IMG/VR virus record: IMGVR_UViG_2974779332_000001 | Coordinates: 1-64,000 of that record | Length of the DNA: 64,000 bases | Reading direction: 5' to 3' (one strand) | From: a virus | Lineage: Duplodnaviria; Caudoviricetes | Part shown: positions 8,806-16,431 of the stretch, in pieces | Numbering within the stretch: the first letter of the stretch is position 1 | Layout of the letters: every line of letters starts with the position of its first letter | The notes under the pieces: model-generated | Database searches by the model: none | The model's input: only the letters and a program-made list of their open reading frames with translations | What the model was told of the DNA's origin: nothing | Position numbers and translations under genes: made by a program

Positions 8806-9117
8806 TCACTCCCAGGGCCGGTAGTCAGACCAGCTCGCACCCTCGCGGTTTTCGATGAGGATTTCCACGGTGTCCCCCAGACGGTGATTCACGCTGTACA
8901 GGGAACGATTTGAACCCTGGTAGCGCCTCTGAGTCTTGGCCCATTCGACCGTCCGCTCAGCCTGCCTATGGGAACGGTGAGGCCATGCCTCGATGTTCTC
9001 ACCGTAGTTGAACCACCATCCACCCTCTTCCGACCCTCCACAGGCCCGGTCGATAAGGTAGACATTCACCCAGTGCTTGTTACGCCGACGCTGACCCATA
9101 CGCAGACCCTTGGCCAT
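8806..9117 (-). CDS. Hypothetical protein
   Basis: MAKGLRMG start after GGGAGG, in its own cassette. Confidence 0.8.
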   Translation of the reverse strand: MAKGLRMGQRRRNKHWVNVYLIDRACGGSEEGGWWFNYGENIEAWPHRSHRQAERTVEWAKTQRRYQGSNRSLYSVNHRLGDTVEILIENREGASWSDYRPWE

Positions 9118-9211
9118 GATGTTCCTCCCTTGTCGGTGAGACCAGTCTAGCACCCCGTAATTGGAGATGCAACATGTCTGTAAGGATGGATTGTCATTGT
9201 CCGACCCGGAC

Positions 9212-9515
9212 AAAAAATTCACCTACAAATTCACCCCTGTTTCGAAGGAATTCCCGTAGAAAAACCTTGAAAACAGGGGTGAATTTATTTTGGGCCTTAT
9301 TTTCAGCCGATTTCGACCGTTTCATCCTTGCCTTTTCCGCAAAGGCAGTATTTCGAATGTGTGGCCGAAACAGGCCGAAGGCCCTTTTCGTTGTAGCGGA
9401 AAAGGAGATTTGACAGAAGGGACGAGTTGAAAACCGGAGTTTTCGAGTGAATCCCGTCCCTTTCCAGCAAAAGGGACATGCTGTGGAATCGAACCTGAGA
9501 AACAGCCTTTTTCCG
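9212..9515. other. Non-coding phased A-tract DNA with a 16-bp inverted repeat
   Basis: A/T tracts recur roughly every 10 bp for 300 bp. AAATTCACCCCTGTTT (9227) pairs with AAACAGGGGTGAATTT (ends 9286). Confidence 0.75.
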
Positions 9516-9533
9516 CATCATGTCCCCTTTGGG

Positions 9534-9680
9534 TCAGCCGAGTTCGGACATGTGCGCGTATGCGTCCTCGGTACCGAAGTCAACGGTACGGTCCGCATCC
9601 CGCACGGTGGAGACAGGCAGGGTCATGGTCGTGAACACGCCAGCGTCCACAGCCTGCTCAAGAAGGTCACGAAGGTCCAT
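9534..9680 (-). CDS. Small hypothetical protein
   Basis: MDLRDLLEQ..., SD GAAGGA, promoter at 9715-9743. Confidence 0.65.
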   Translation of the reverse strand: MDLRDLLEQAVDAGVFTTMTLPVSTVRDADRTVDFGTEDAYAHMSELG

Positions 9681-9789
9681 GGTGTGTACTTCCTTCCGTC
9701 TTGGTGATAGCTCAAGTCTAGCGTATGGGTAGGGTGGATGCAAGCCCAACATCTCCGGGATTTTTCAGCCCTATCGTACACGCGCGGGG

Positions 9790-9980
9790 GAAATGTGGGG
9801 AATGTACGTAATGCCCCGTAAAAGGGGTCTATATAGGTATGCCCTATATGGGCGGTATGTACTATATGGGTAGGTATGTACCCATATGCCCCATATGTAC
9901 CTATATGGGTGGGTATGTCCTGAATGTCCGTTTTGTCCACCCCAGATTTGGGGGTGTCCGATTTGCCCCATATGTCGGTC
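9790..9980. repeat. Degenerate 9-10 bp tandem repeat tract
   Basis: ATG recurs at 9839, 9848, 9857, 9866, 9876, 9886, 9895, 9905, 9915 and 9924. CTATATGGG(N1-2)GGTATGT occurs three times. Confidence 0.8.
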
Positions 9981-10088
9981 CGCCCCGGACGTTACCAAGT
10001 CTTTACCTAAAAGACTGCTGAATCTGGGGTTTAGGGCCCGGTGTCCGGGTAGGATGTAGGCATAGCCACTACAGACCAGGGAGACACG

Positions 10089-10526
10089 ATGAACGCCACC
10101 ACCACTCACCAGTGCCGCTACAACAACGAGACTGCCGTTAACGCGCGTATCCGCCGTCAGGTGCTCGCTACGGTGCTGTACCTGGCACAGCTTACGGGCC
10201 ACAGTGACGGGGCCACGTGGGCAACGTGCGTGGGGTGTGGGGAGCGTAGCCACGTGGGCGGTACGCCTAGGGCCATGGACACGTTCAACCTGGGCCACGT
10301 GCTGGCAGACGCTGAAGGTGGCATGTACTGCCCTTGCAACCTGTTGCCTCTGTGCCGTCAGTGCAACGCTGACATGGGTAAGGAAACCCTTACTGATGTA
10401 CTCATTCCGGTTTATGACAACCGAGAGTGCTGGGACGGTAAGCTCATGGCCGACCCTGGCACCGTGGCCGCCAAGCCTGAGAGCAACCGGGGACGGGCCC
10501 GCTGGAACGCCCCTGCTAGCGTCTGA
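10089..10526 (+). CDS. HNH endonuclease
   Basis: CVGCG...LGHVLADAEGG...NLLPLCRQCNADMG. SD AGGGAG. Confidence 0.85.
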   Translation: MNATTTHQCRYNNETAVNARIRRQVLATVLYLAQLTGHSDGATWATCVGCGERSHVGGTPRAMDTFNLGHVLADAEGGMYCPCNLLPLCRQCNADMGKETLTDVLIPVYDNRECWDGKLMADPGTVAAKPESNRGRARWNAPASV

Positions 10527-10540
10527 GACGCTGTGAATGT

Positions 10541-10572
10541 GCCCCCTAGGGTAGTTGCCTAGGGGGCTATTT
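10541..10572 (+). terminator. Intrinsic terminator
   Basis: GCCCCCTAGG...CCTAGGGGGC followed by TATTT. Confidence 0.7.
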
Positions 10573-10751
10573 CATGCCCTCAGAACGGCACACAGGGCTT
10601 TTGAAAAGCGTTTTCATCTGGCCTGGGACCTTCTGCGGAACCTTCCCCGGACAGGTTTGTCAAGGGTTATGGGCGCACTATCCAAATTGTTATTTAACTA
10701 TGCGAAGCATGTATCATACATCACAAAAAATTACTAACATTTGGATTTTGA

Positions 10752-10991
10752 TTAAGGTAACGAATTGATAACGTCCGCCTCGGACAAGCCAACAACATGG
10801 CCGCAGGATTCAAAGCCGATATGCGCTGCATGCTCGAAGCAGATTTCGGTTGTTGTCCATATGGTTGTTGGTTCTGTGCCACAAAATAGGCAGTTGGGAA
10901 GCCCTAGTTCTGCCTTTTGAAGGATTTCGTAATCCTGACAGAAGAACAGAAATTGATTTCTTCCTATATCACTGTCTGTCTTGTCACACAT
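10752..10991 (-). CDS. Hypothetical Cys-rich protein
   Basis: CLFCG...CFEH. The start overlaps the upstream stop. Confidence 0.55.
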   Translation of the reverse strand: MCDKTDSDIGRNQFLFFCQDYEILQKAELGLPNCLFCGTEPTTIWTTTEICFEHAAHIGFESCGHVVGLSEADVINSLP

Positions 10992-11214
10992 CTTCGTCAT
11001 CCATATGGTCTTCGACCGCATCTGACATATCAAAGCTAGGTGGTGGACCGAGAATCTTTCCTTGCATATGAGCCTCATATACTGCTTGAGCCTCTGTTGG
11101 ATTAATACCTCTTGCTATGCAAGTAAGTACATCGTAGATTCTCATTAGCATAATAGCTGTTACTACTTCGGAGGTGCCCTCATCAAACACGCCGGGCGTT
11201 TCTTCGTCATTCAC
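10984..11214 (-). CDS. Hypothetical protein
   Basis: 76-aa ORF, SD GAGGT, GTG start. Confidence 0.75.
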   Translation of the reverse strand: MNDEETPGVFDEGTSEVVTAIMLMRIYDVLTCIARGINPTEAQAVYEAHMQGKILGPPPSFDMSDAVEDHMDDEDV

Positions 11215-11341
11215 TGTCGTCTACCTCTATTACTATGCACATACCTTCTTCTGCGTCAAAGCAGTCTATGTACACATCTCGCACCGGGCCGATTACGTCC
11301 TTGGTTCCTATTTGAACTTCGTAATCAGGACAGTTCTTCAT
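11207..11341 (-). CDS. 44-aa hypothetical protein (not in ORF track)
   Basis: MKNCPDYEVQIG...EVDDSE*. It fills the gap between genes. Confidence 0.55.
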   Translation of the reverse strand: MKNCPDYEVQIGTKDVIGPVRDVYIDCFDAEEGMCIVIEVDDSE

Positions 11342-11354
11342 TCTCTCTATGAGT

Positions 11355-12044
11355 TCATGTACTTTCATTGAAGGGCCTCATAGCTACCGGCCAAATTGGC
11401 ACGGTTAGGTCTCGAACTGCCTGGGCGTAATTCTGAATTTCTAGCTGCGCCTTGTGCTCAAGACGCTCCTTGAGGAAATGCAGAACGGCCGCCAGACTTG
11501 TCGTCCAACGCCAGCGAACATACATACCATATGCAGGTAGGAATAGTCTTGCCTGTTCCGGGGCTAGTCCACTATCCAATGCTTGATTATATAGTGATTC
11601 ACCTTGGGCCAGGAATTCCTTTAGCATGTCGGTATATTGTCTTGAAGTCATGGGGTCAGCGTTATCTCCACTACCCTGCTTCTTGTTTGCCGGGGCCATT
11701 CTCCATTCATCAGGAATGTGATATACAGGCTCCTCGGTTACATACCGTCTTGATGACTCGTTCCATCCAATTTGGTCATCAAGATGGGTACTGGCAACAG
11801 TGTACTTCCACCACTGCCGGGCCACAAATAGTGGCGCATATACTTCAAACGTCAGCGCAACATGACGAAAAGGGCTGTATTCATTGTTACGAATTAGGTA
11901 ATTCAACAGACTCTCGTCACGGTCGCTGAATTCCTGACTTTCCTTGGCGTAGGAAACACGTGCAGCATTTACAATGGACAAATCGGAGCCCATGTGGTCA
12001 ACCAGCCGAACGTATCCTTGGTCAAGAACGTCTATTTTTGTCAA
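11355..12044 (-). CDS. thyX: Flavin-dependent thymidylate synthase
   Basis: IVNAARVSY, SPFRH, NESSRRY, PEQARLFLP and AQLEI motifs. Confidence 0.95.
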   Translation of the reverse strand: MTKIDVLDQGYVRLVDHMGSDLSIVNAARVSYAKESQEFSDRDESLLNYLIRNNEYSPFRHVALTFEVYAPLFVARQWWKYTVASTHLDDQIGWNESSRRYVTEEPVYHIPDEWRMAPANKKQGSGDNADPMTSRQYTDMLKEFLAQGESLYNQALDSGLAPEQARLFLPAYGMYVRWRWTTSLAAVLHFLKERLEHKAQLEIQNYAQAVRDLTVPIWPVAMRPFNEST

Positions 12045-12504
12045 GATAATCGATTGCCTTTCTCAAATATTCTGAATTGTCTCGGAAGTATCCAAGACCT
12101 ACATTACATCTGGCACACAAAATGCCACGGACACACTTTCCACAAAGACCTCTGTCCTTATTGCAGCAAGACCTATCATGGTCAATGACAAGTCTTCTCA
12201 ACTTGCCCTTTAGCATGACCGTCTCGTCTTCACCACAAATAGCACAGACCCAATTCTGAGCCTCTAGCATGTCATTGTACTGGTCTACAGAAATTCCCAT
12301 TCGAGGAATGTCTAGTGCCGCGCCATTTAGACGTCTCTTCTCAGCCACTGCGGCCAGAATCTTTTCTTTATTGCGCTCGTAATAGTCCTCATCATTTACT
12401 GATGCACAGCATTTGCAGAATGACTTAAGTCCATCCTTCTTTTGCTTGTCCTTGTAAAAGTCAGAATTCTCCTTATCGAGACCGCACTTAGTGCATCTCT
12501 TCAT
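12022..12504 (-). CDS. Recombination endonuclease VII-family nuclease
   Basis: CAICG...LVIDHD...VRGILCARCNVGLGYFRDN, plus an N-terminal CxxC..CxxC. Leaderless start. Confidence 0.9.
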   Translation of the reverse strand: MKRCTKCGLDKENSDFYKDKQKKDGLKSFCKCCASVNDEDYYERNKEKILAAVAEKRRLNGAALDIPRMGISVDQYNDMLEAQNWVCAICGEDETVMLKGKLRRLVIDHDRSCCNKDRGLCGKCVRGILCARCNVGLGYFRDNSEYLRKAIDYLDKNRRS

Positions 12505-12737
12505 GACGAAAGCATAGCATGTTTCGTCATGGTGTGCAAACGTAAAAAGCCAGGGAGTTACCCCTGGCTAATTACTTCTCAACAGGAGTGTTCTTTTCTA
12601 CAATGAAAACGACATCAGTACCAGTCTTAATGGTGAATCTGATAGTCTCATTGCCCCTGTTAATTACATCAACTGTTTCCACGATTGACCTCGCGCCTGG
12701 AAACGGCTGTAGATTCGCAATTCTAACTGCGTATCTA

Positions 12738-12980
12738 TCAATCTTCGTCAACTTCTAGCCATCCTTGTTCTTCAAAAGCGGTAACCCAGTCACTCGCTGG
12801 TAGGTCTGATGGCGTAAATTCTACCTTGAAGGTGTGAATTACACCAGTGTCGTATTCGCGTACTGCGAAATGGTTTCCCACGAAGGTAATCTGATGAGTA
12901 TCTTCGTGATGATTCCTGTTGTTGTAAATATCTTCGAATAGGAAGAGGTCAAGAATCTCTTGCGCACGTTCTCTTGTCAC
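12738..12980 (-). CDS. Hypothetical protein
   Basis: 80-aa ORF in a tightly packed leftward operon. Confidence 0.7.
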   Translation of the reverse strand: MTRERAQEILDLFLFEDIYNNRNHHEDTHQITFVGNHFAVREYDTGVIHTFKVEFTPSDLPASDWVTAFEEQGWLEVDED

Positions 12981-13141
12981 TTTAGGTTCTCAATCTCTCC
13001 ATCGAGCCGGGCAATTTCGCGCTTGTAGCGCTGCTCAAGAATCCTGTTTCCAGCACTCTTAGCCTTTTCCATTCCACGAGCTGCGTTCCTACGCTGCTCG
13101 TACAAGCTATTGAGAGCCTTCTTAACGTCCTTGTCGGTCAT
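12977..13141 (-). CDS. 54-aa basic coiled-coil protein (not in ORF track)
   Basis: MTDKDVKKALNSLYEQRR...EIENLK*, with a GTGA overlap into the next gene. Confidence 0.65.
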   Translation of the reverse strand: MTDKDVKKALNSLYEQRRNAARGMEKAKSAGNRILEQRYKREIARLDGEIENLK

Positions 13142-13280
13142 TTGCTATCAGCCATTCCTGTAGGGCGTATATCTCGGTCGCTATCTGCTTACCGCGCGGA
13201 GTGCTCCTGTGCTTCAAGTATTCGACCTTGAGCTTAGCAAGTCGCTTCTCTGCTTCGGCCTTGTTCTTAGGGGTACTCAT
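13122..13280 (-). CDS. 52-aa hypothetical protein (not in ORF track)
   Basis: MSTPKNKAEAEKRLAKLK..., with an ATGA overlap with the upstream gene. Confidence 0.65.
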   Translation of the reverse strand: MSTPKNKAEAEKRLAKLKVEYLKHRSTPRGKQIATEIYALQEWLIANDRQGR

Positions 13281-13597
13281 ATGTTATTCCTGTCAAGGAT
13301 ACCGTGTACATAGTCGGCATCTATATCGTCGTAGTTAGACAGCATTCTTAGTTCTGCTGTCGCTTCCTTGTACCGGCGATTTTCTGACAGATAGTTGTCA
13401 GCATCATTAGCCCACCGGTAGGCATCTTTGCGAAGTGCTAGGAACTTCTCTCGGGGAATCTCTTCATCGGGAAGGATATCAAATTCAACCCATACTGAAT
13501 ACTCCTCTTCTGTCATTCCTAGAAACTCGTGGAGTGACATTTTTGTGTCACTGTCATGCCACTTGTCCACGAGGTCTTCTAGTTGTCCTCTGTTCAT
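13277..13597 (-). CDS. Hypothetical protein
   Basis: 106 aa, contains SLHEFLGMTEEEY. SD GAGGA. Confidence 0.8.
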   Translation of the reverse strand: MNRGQLEDLVDKWHDSDTKMSLHEFLGMTEEEYSVWVEFDILPDEEIPREKFLALRKDAYRWANDADNYLSENRRYKEATAELRMLSNYDDIDADYVHGILDRNNI

Positions 13598-13995
13598 GTC
13601 CTCAGTTTGTCACGCGCCAGGGACATTGTCAAGACGTGACACTGCCTTGTTCACCGTATTGAGAGGAACGTCTGTCCCCTTGATGTCACAAATCTGCTTG
13701 TGAAGTTCTTTTCTGTCAGTGACACCCTTGTCCCATAGCTCTCTGACCAGGGCGGACACTGATTTGTCCTTACTTGTCACGGACGGATTTGTCACTGTCT
13801 TTGTCCGTGTCACCGGGACATTGGTGACAGTTTTGTCCGTGACAGGGACATCTGGAGTTGTCACCTTGAATGTCCTGTCACTTGTCTTGTCACTCTTGTC
13901 CTTCGTCTTCTTTCTGTCCAGAGGTTGTCCTGTCACATTTGTCACTGCCTCATTGAGACGGAAGAAGACAACGTCCTTGAATCCACCAAATGTCT
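13505..13995. repeat. Dense TGTC/GACA motif array
   Basis: About 40 TGTC or GACA tetramers by hand count in ~490 bp, versus about 4 expected. Mostly TGTCAC or TGTCC, in both orientations. Confidence 0.9.
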
Positions 13996-14467
13996 TGCCG
14001 GGGAAAATAAGCCAGCTAATCTTACCAAACACTGGCATTCTCTTCGGCACAAGTCCATTGGCGCGCATCTCGCTTCGGTGCACGAAGCGTAGATAAAGCT
14101 CGAAAAGGATTCCGGCAATAACTGGTGGCGCTCCAAAAAGCACCATTCCAGGAATGCCATAGGACAGCAGCATGGCATGTTCTACGTTGAGGTATACAGA
14201 CGCTCCCACGAAGAGATACGTCGCTAGTTTTGTTGCTAGGCCAGAATCTTCTGTTCTGGCGTACTTGCTGGCAAGGTCAGCAACAAACAAAGCCGCTCCA
14301 TCGAATGCCGCGCTGACGCCAATAGCAAGTATCTGTGGGACTCCATAAAAAGTTACTGCCAAGGAATAGAGTGACCACCAACTAAGGGCCAGGGCTACGA
14401 TGAGAACGACTCCGAATGAGATTGAACCTCGCCAATCAAGAACTCTCTTGAAATTTGGCTTGTTCAC
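13610..14467 (-). CDS. DUF2637/SpdB-like membrane protein with a putative C-terminal HTH
   Basis: Four hydrophobic helices, a Thr/Lys/Val/Asp-rich linker and a C-terminal SVSALVRELWDKG...LNTVNKAVSRL. SD AAGGAG. Confidence 0.7.
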   Translation of the reverse strand: MNKPNFKRVLDWRGSISFGVVLIVALALSWWSLYSLAVTFYGVPQILAIGVSAAFDGAALFVADLASKYARTEDSGLATKLATYLFVGASVYLNVEHAMLLSYGIPGMVLFGAPPVIAGILFELYLRFVHRSEMRANGLVPKRMPVFGKISWLIFPGKTFGGFKDVVFFRLNEAVTNVTGQPLDRKKTKDKSDKTSDRTFKVTTPDVPVTDKTVTNVPVTRTKTVTNPSVTSKDKSVSALVRELWDKGVTDRKELHKQICDIKGTDVPLNTVNKAVSRLDNVPGA

Positions 14468-14520
14468 TGTTCTCCTTAGACAAAAGTGCAGGCGGCCCTG
14501 ATGGACCGCCTGCTATTCAA

Positions 14521-14922
14521 TTATTTTGTTGACTCATTGAGCATCCAGAGCCACTTATCGACGCCTCGCTTTACTTCGATGAGAACATCTTGTGTTGCAA
14601 GGTCATCTGTTATGTTCAGTATAGCAGCGTTCAAAGTCCCAGTCAATCCCCTTAGAGAACTGATAAGACCTATAAGAACCTGCTGAAAACTGACAGACTC
14701 TCCGGACATTTCGTAGCTTACCTTGGGCGCAAGATATAGGTCAATTGCCCTGGCTCGTTCCGCAATGAGGTCAGCATATTCAGTTATATCGGAATCAAGC
14801 TTGTCAAGCTCGGGGTGAAAGAAGAAGAATTCCTTACCCCTGAGATTCCAATGACTCTCCTTGACGACCAAGGAGAGTATCAGAAGCCATTCTAGAGCTT
14901 CCTCCATTTTTGCTTCTAGCAC
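14521..14922 (-). CDS. dps: Dps/ferritin-like protein
   Basis: HWNLRGxxFxxxH, DLIAER and DxATxDxL..DKWLWML motifs. Confidence 0.85.
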   Translation of the reverse strand: MLEAKMEEALEWLLILSLVVKESHWNLRGKEFFFFHPELDKLDSDITEYADLIAERARAIDLYLAPKVSYEMSGESVSFQQVLIGLISSLRGLTGTLNAAILNITDDLATQDVLIEVKRGVDKWLWMLNESTK

Positions 14923-15133
14923 GCTCCACCTCCTTAATCGCTGATTTCACGTTGTGATGCATCTCTAGACCGGGCTTTATGTAGATATCACATATTGAAC
15001 ACCACAGTCTGAGGTCGGTAGATGCATCAGGCTTTAGTCTCACTATCAAGTGATTCCCGCAATCGGGACACTCTAGTGCCGGGGCCAGATTCTCTCTAAC
15101 CAGCCGGATGTATTTATGAAAATCCTGCCACAT
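14834..15133 (-). CDS. Zn-ribbon protein, leaderless
   Basis: CPDCG...CSIC. TACACT-6nt-ATG. Confidence 0.7.
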   Translation of the reverse strand: MWQDFHKYIRLVRENLAPALECPDCGNHLIVRLKPDASTDLRLWCSICDIYIKPGLEMHHNVKSAIKEVERARSKNGGSSRMASDTLLGRQGESLESQG

Positions 15134-15145
15134 GCATTCAGTGTA

Positions 15146-15355
15146 TCACGCATTACGTAGATTTGTCAGTACCGCTTCAACTCCGTGCACTGCATCCTCT
15201 ACTGCATTACGTAGATTGTTTACTTCGTTCTCATAAGCATTGTCCGCCTCCACAGCGTCCTGCTTTATCTCATCAATCAGTTCTTCAACTGTTGACTGCT
15301 TCATTCCATAGGCAACAGCCAGAACAATAAGCTCTGTCTCTGCTCTAGACTTCAC
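15146..15355 (-). CDS. Hypothetical protein
   Basis: GTG start after AAGGAG. Acidic and helical. Confidence 0.65.
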   Translation of the reverse strand: MKSRAETELIVLAVAYGMKQSTVEELIDEIKQDAVEADNAYENEVNNLRNAVEDAVHGVEAVLTNLRNA

Positions 15356-15797
15356 GAAGCTTCTCCTTGATTCTTGTCGTGGACATTCCAGTACGCCTGT
15401 CAATGTAAATCAGAATCAGGTCGTTCTCGTCAAGCCATTCCTTCGTGAACTTCATCTGACCGTAGTAATCTCTACCAGCCCAATCTGAACCGATGGCAAT
15501 TACCTCAATCATGTGATGTTTGCATGCCTCATAGATTGTTTCCTTGGAATCTTCCTCACCAATGTTCGGAATAACAAGGTCAACATACTTACATGCCTCA
15601 AGGACGAGCTTGCGTTCTCTGAATGACTGTACTGGCTTATTATTCTTGAATCTCTCAATGAACTCATCTGTATTCAGAGCGACAACCACAGCACCATCGC
15701 CTGCAAGTCGCTTACAGCTTCTCAGAAGCTCTACATGACCTTCATGAAACAGGTCAAACGTTCCTCCAGTATAGATGTTAGGCAAGACGCTCAACAT
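15345..15797 (-). CDS. Cytidylyltransferase-like nucleotidyltransferase (TagD family)
   Basis: YTGGTFDLFHEGH (HxGH), GSDW and MSTTRIK motifs. Confidence 0.9.
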   Translation of the reverse strand: MLSVLPNIYTGGTFDLFHEGHVELLRSCKRLAGDGAVVVALNTDEFIERFKNNKPVQSFRERKLVLEACKYVDLVIPNIGEEDSKETIYEACKHHMIEVIAIGSDWAGRDYYGQMKFTKEWLDENDLILIYIDRRTGMSTTRIKEKLREV

Positions 15798-16431
15798 CCT
15801 CTGCGAGGTGATACCTTACATACTCATTGAAGGCCCTTTCGTCGTTTTCCCATACCGGGCCTGCATTGGCCTCTTCGTATGTCTTGTCGTGCTCTGCCTT
15901 TCCAGCATAAGGGTGCAGATGCTCGATGTCAACATGCTCAAGGTAGGTGAGGGTTCCTAGGGCCTCTCCCAGAGCCTTCCAGTAGTTGTCAGCAAATAGG
16001 TGAATGAAAGTAGGTGGAACCATGTACCCAAGTGTTTTTACAATACGAGAGTCAAGGAATACACCCGTTGGGAGTCCTGCTCTCTGATGGCCATCATTCG
16101 CATAGGCCACCAGGTTCTTCTTGTAATGGTTCTGAATCTCTACATCCCAACGATAGGTGTTGGGCATGGTATCATCACCGAGAAATCCAATAATGTCGTA
16201 AGCCTCTGCATAATCCTTGGCCACTTCATTAAGGGTTCCCACCAAACGCTTACGTGTACCTACACGCAAAGGTAGATGGGTGTGCTGATATTCAATCAGC
16301 TTTGGGTCGTCATTGTCCACGCAGAAAATGGTATCCACTTCTGCTGTTGTGTAGATTGCGTGATAAAGCCTCTCGGCTTTATCTGGCCTGCCCCTTGTAG
16401 GAACAATGACCAGAATCTTTGGTCGTCTCAT
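15778..16431 (-). CDS. Glycosyltransferase (GT-A fold, GT2-like)
   Basis: VIVPTRGRP, FLGDD, HLFADN and IEHLHP motifs. Confidence 0.8.
   Translation of the reverse strand: MRRPKILVIVPTRGRPDKAERLYHAIYTTAEVDTIFCVDNDDPKLIEYQHTHLPLRVGTRKRLVGTLNEVAKDYAEAYDIIGFLGDDTMPNTYRWDVEIQNHYKKNLVAYANDGHQRAGLPTGVFLDSRIVKTLGYMVPPTFIHLFADNYWKALGEALGTLTYLEHVDIEHLHPYAGKAEHDKTYEEANAGPVWENDERAFNEYVRYHLAEDVERLA

Larger units (their letters stand above)
873..9743 (-). promoter_or_regulatory. Set of ~16 sigma70/HrdB-type promoters, roughly one per cassette
   Basis: -10 TAGACT (variants TAAGAT, TAAGCT, TAGAGT, TAGTAT) at 873, 1144, 2320, 2932, 3496, 4627, 5482, 6053, 6610, 7086, 7305, 7745, 8146, 8723, 9144 and 9715. 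Each has a -35 TTGnnn or TAGACA 17-18 bp upstream. Confidence 0.85.
758..9991. repeat. Dispersed 15-bp palindromic box TGTCCG-N3-CGGACA, ~15 copies
   Basis: Copies start at 758, 1187, 2393, 2973, 3539, 4692, 5537, 6093, 6653, 7362, 7797, 8189, 8772, 9198 and 9977. All are intergenic. Confidence 0.9.

Noticed and set aside
9203-9210. GACCCGGA resembling a Streptomyces TraB recognition 8-mer
   Set aside because: A single copy inside a palindromic box. clt loci need multiple direct repeats, and no traB is in the window.
758-9991. Cassette boxes as a CRISPR array
   Set aside because: The repeats are 15 bp and degenerate, and are separated by 400-1200 bp containing genes. No cas genes are present.
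9623-10298. ORFs 9623..9940 and 9771..10298 (-) as proteins
   Set aside because: They are translations of the 9-10 bp DNA repeat (HIG/TY repeats) or antisense to the HNH gene. No SD or promoter supports them.
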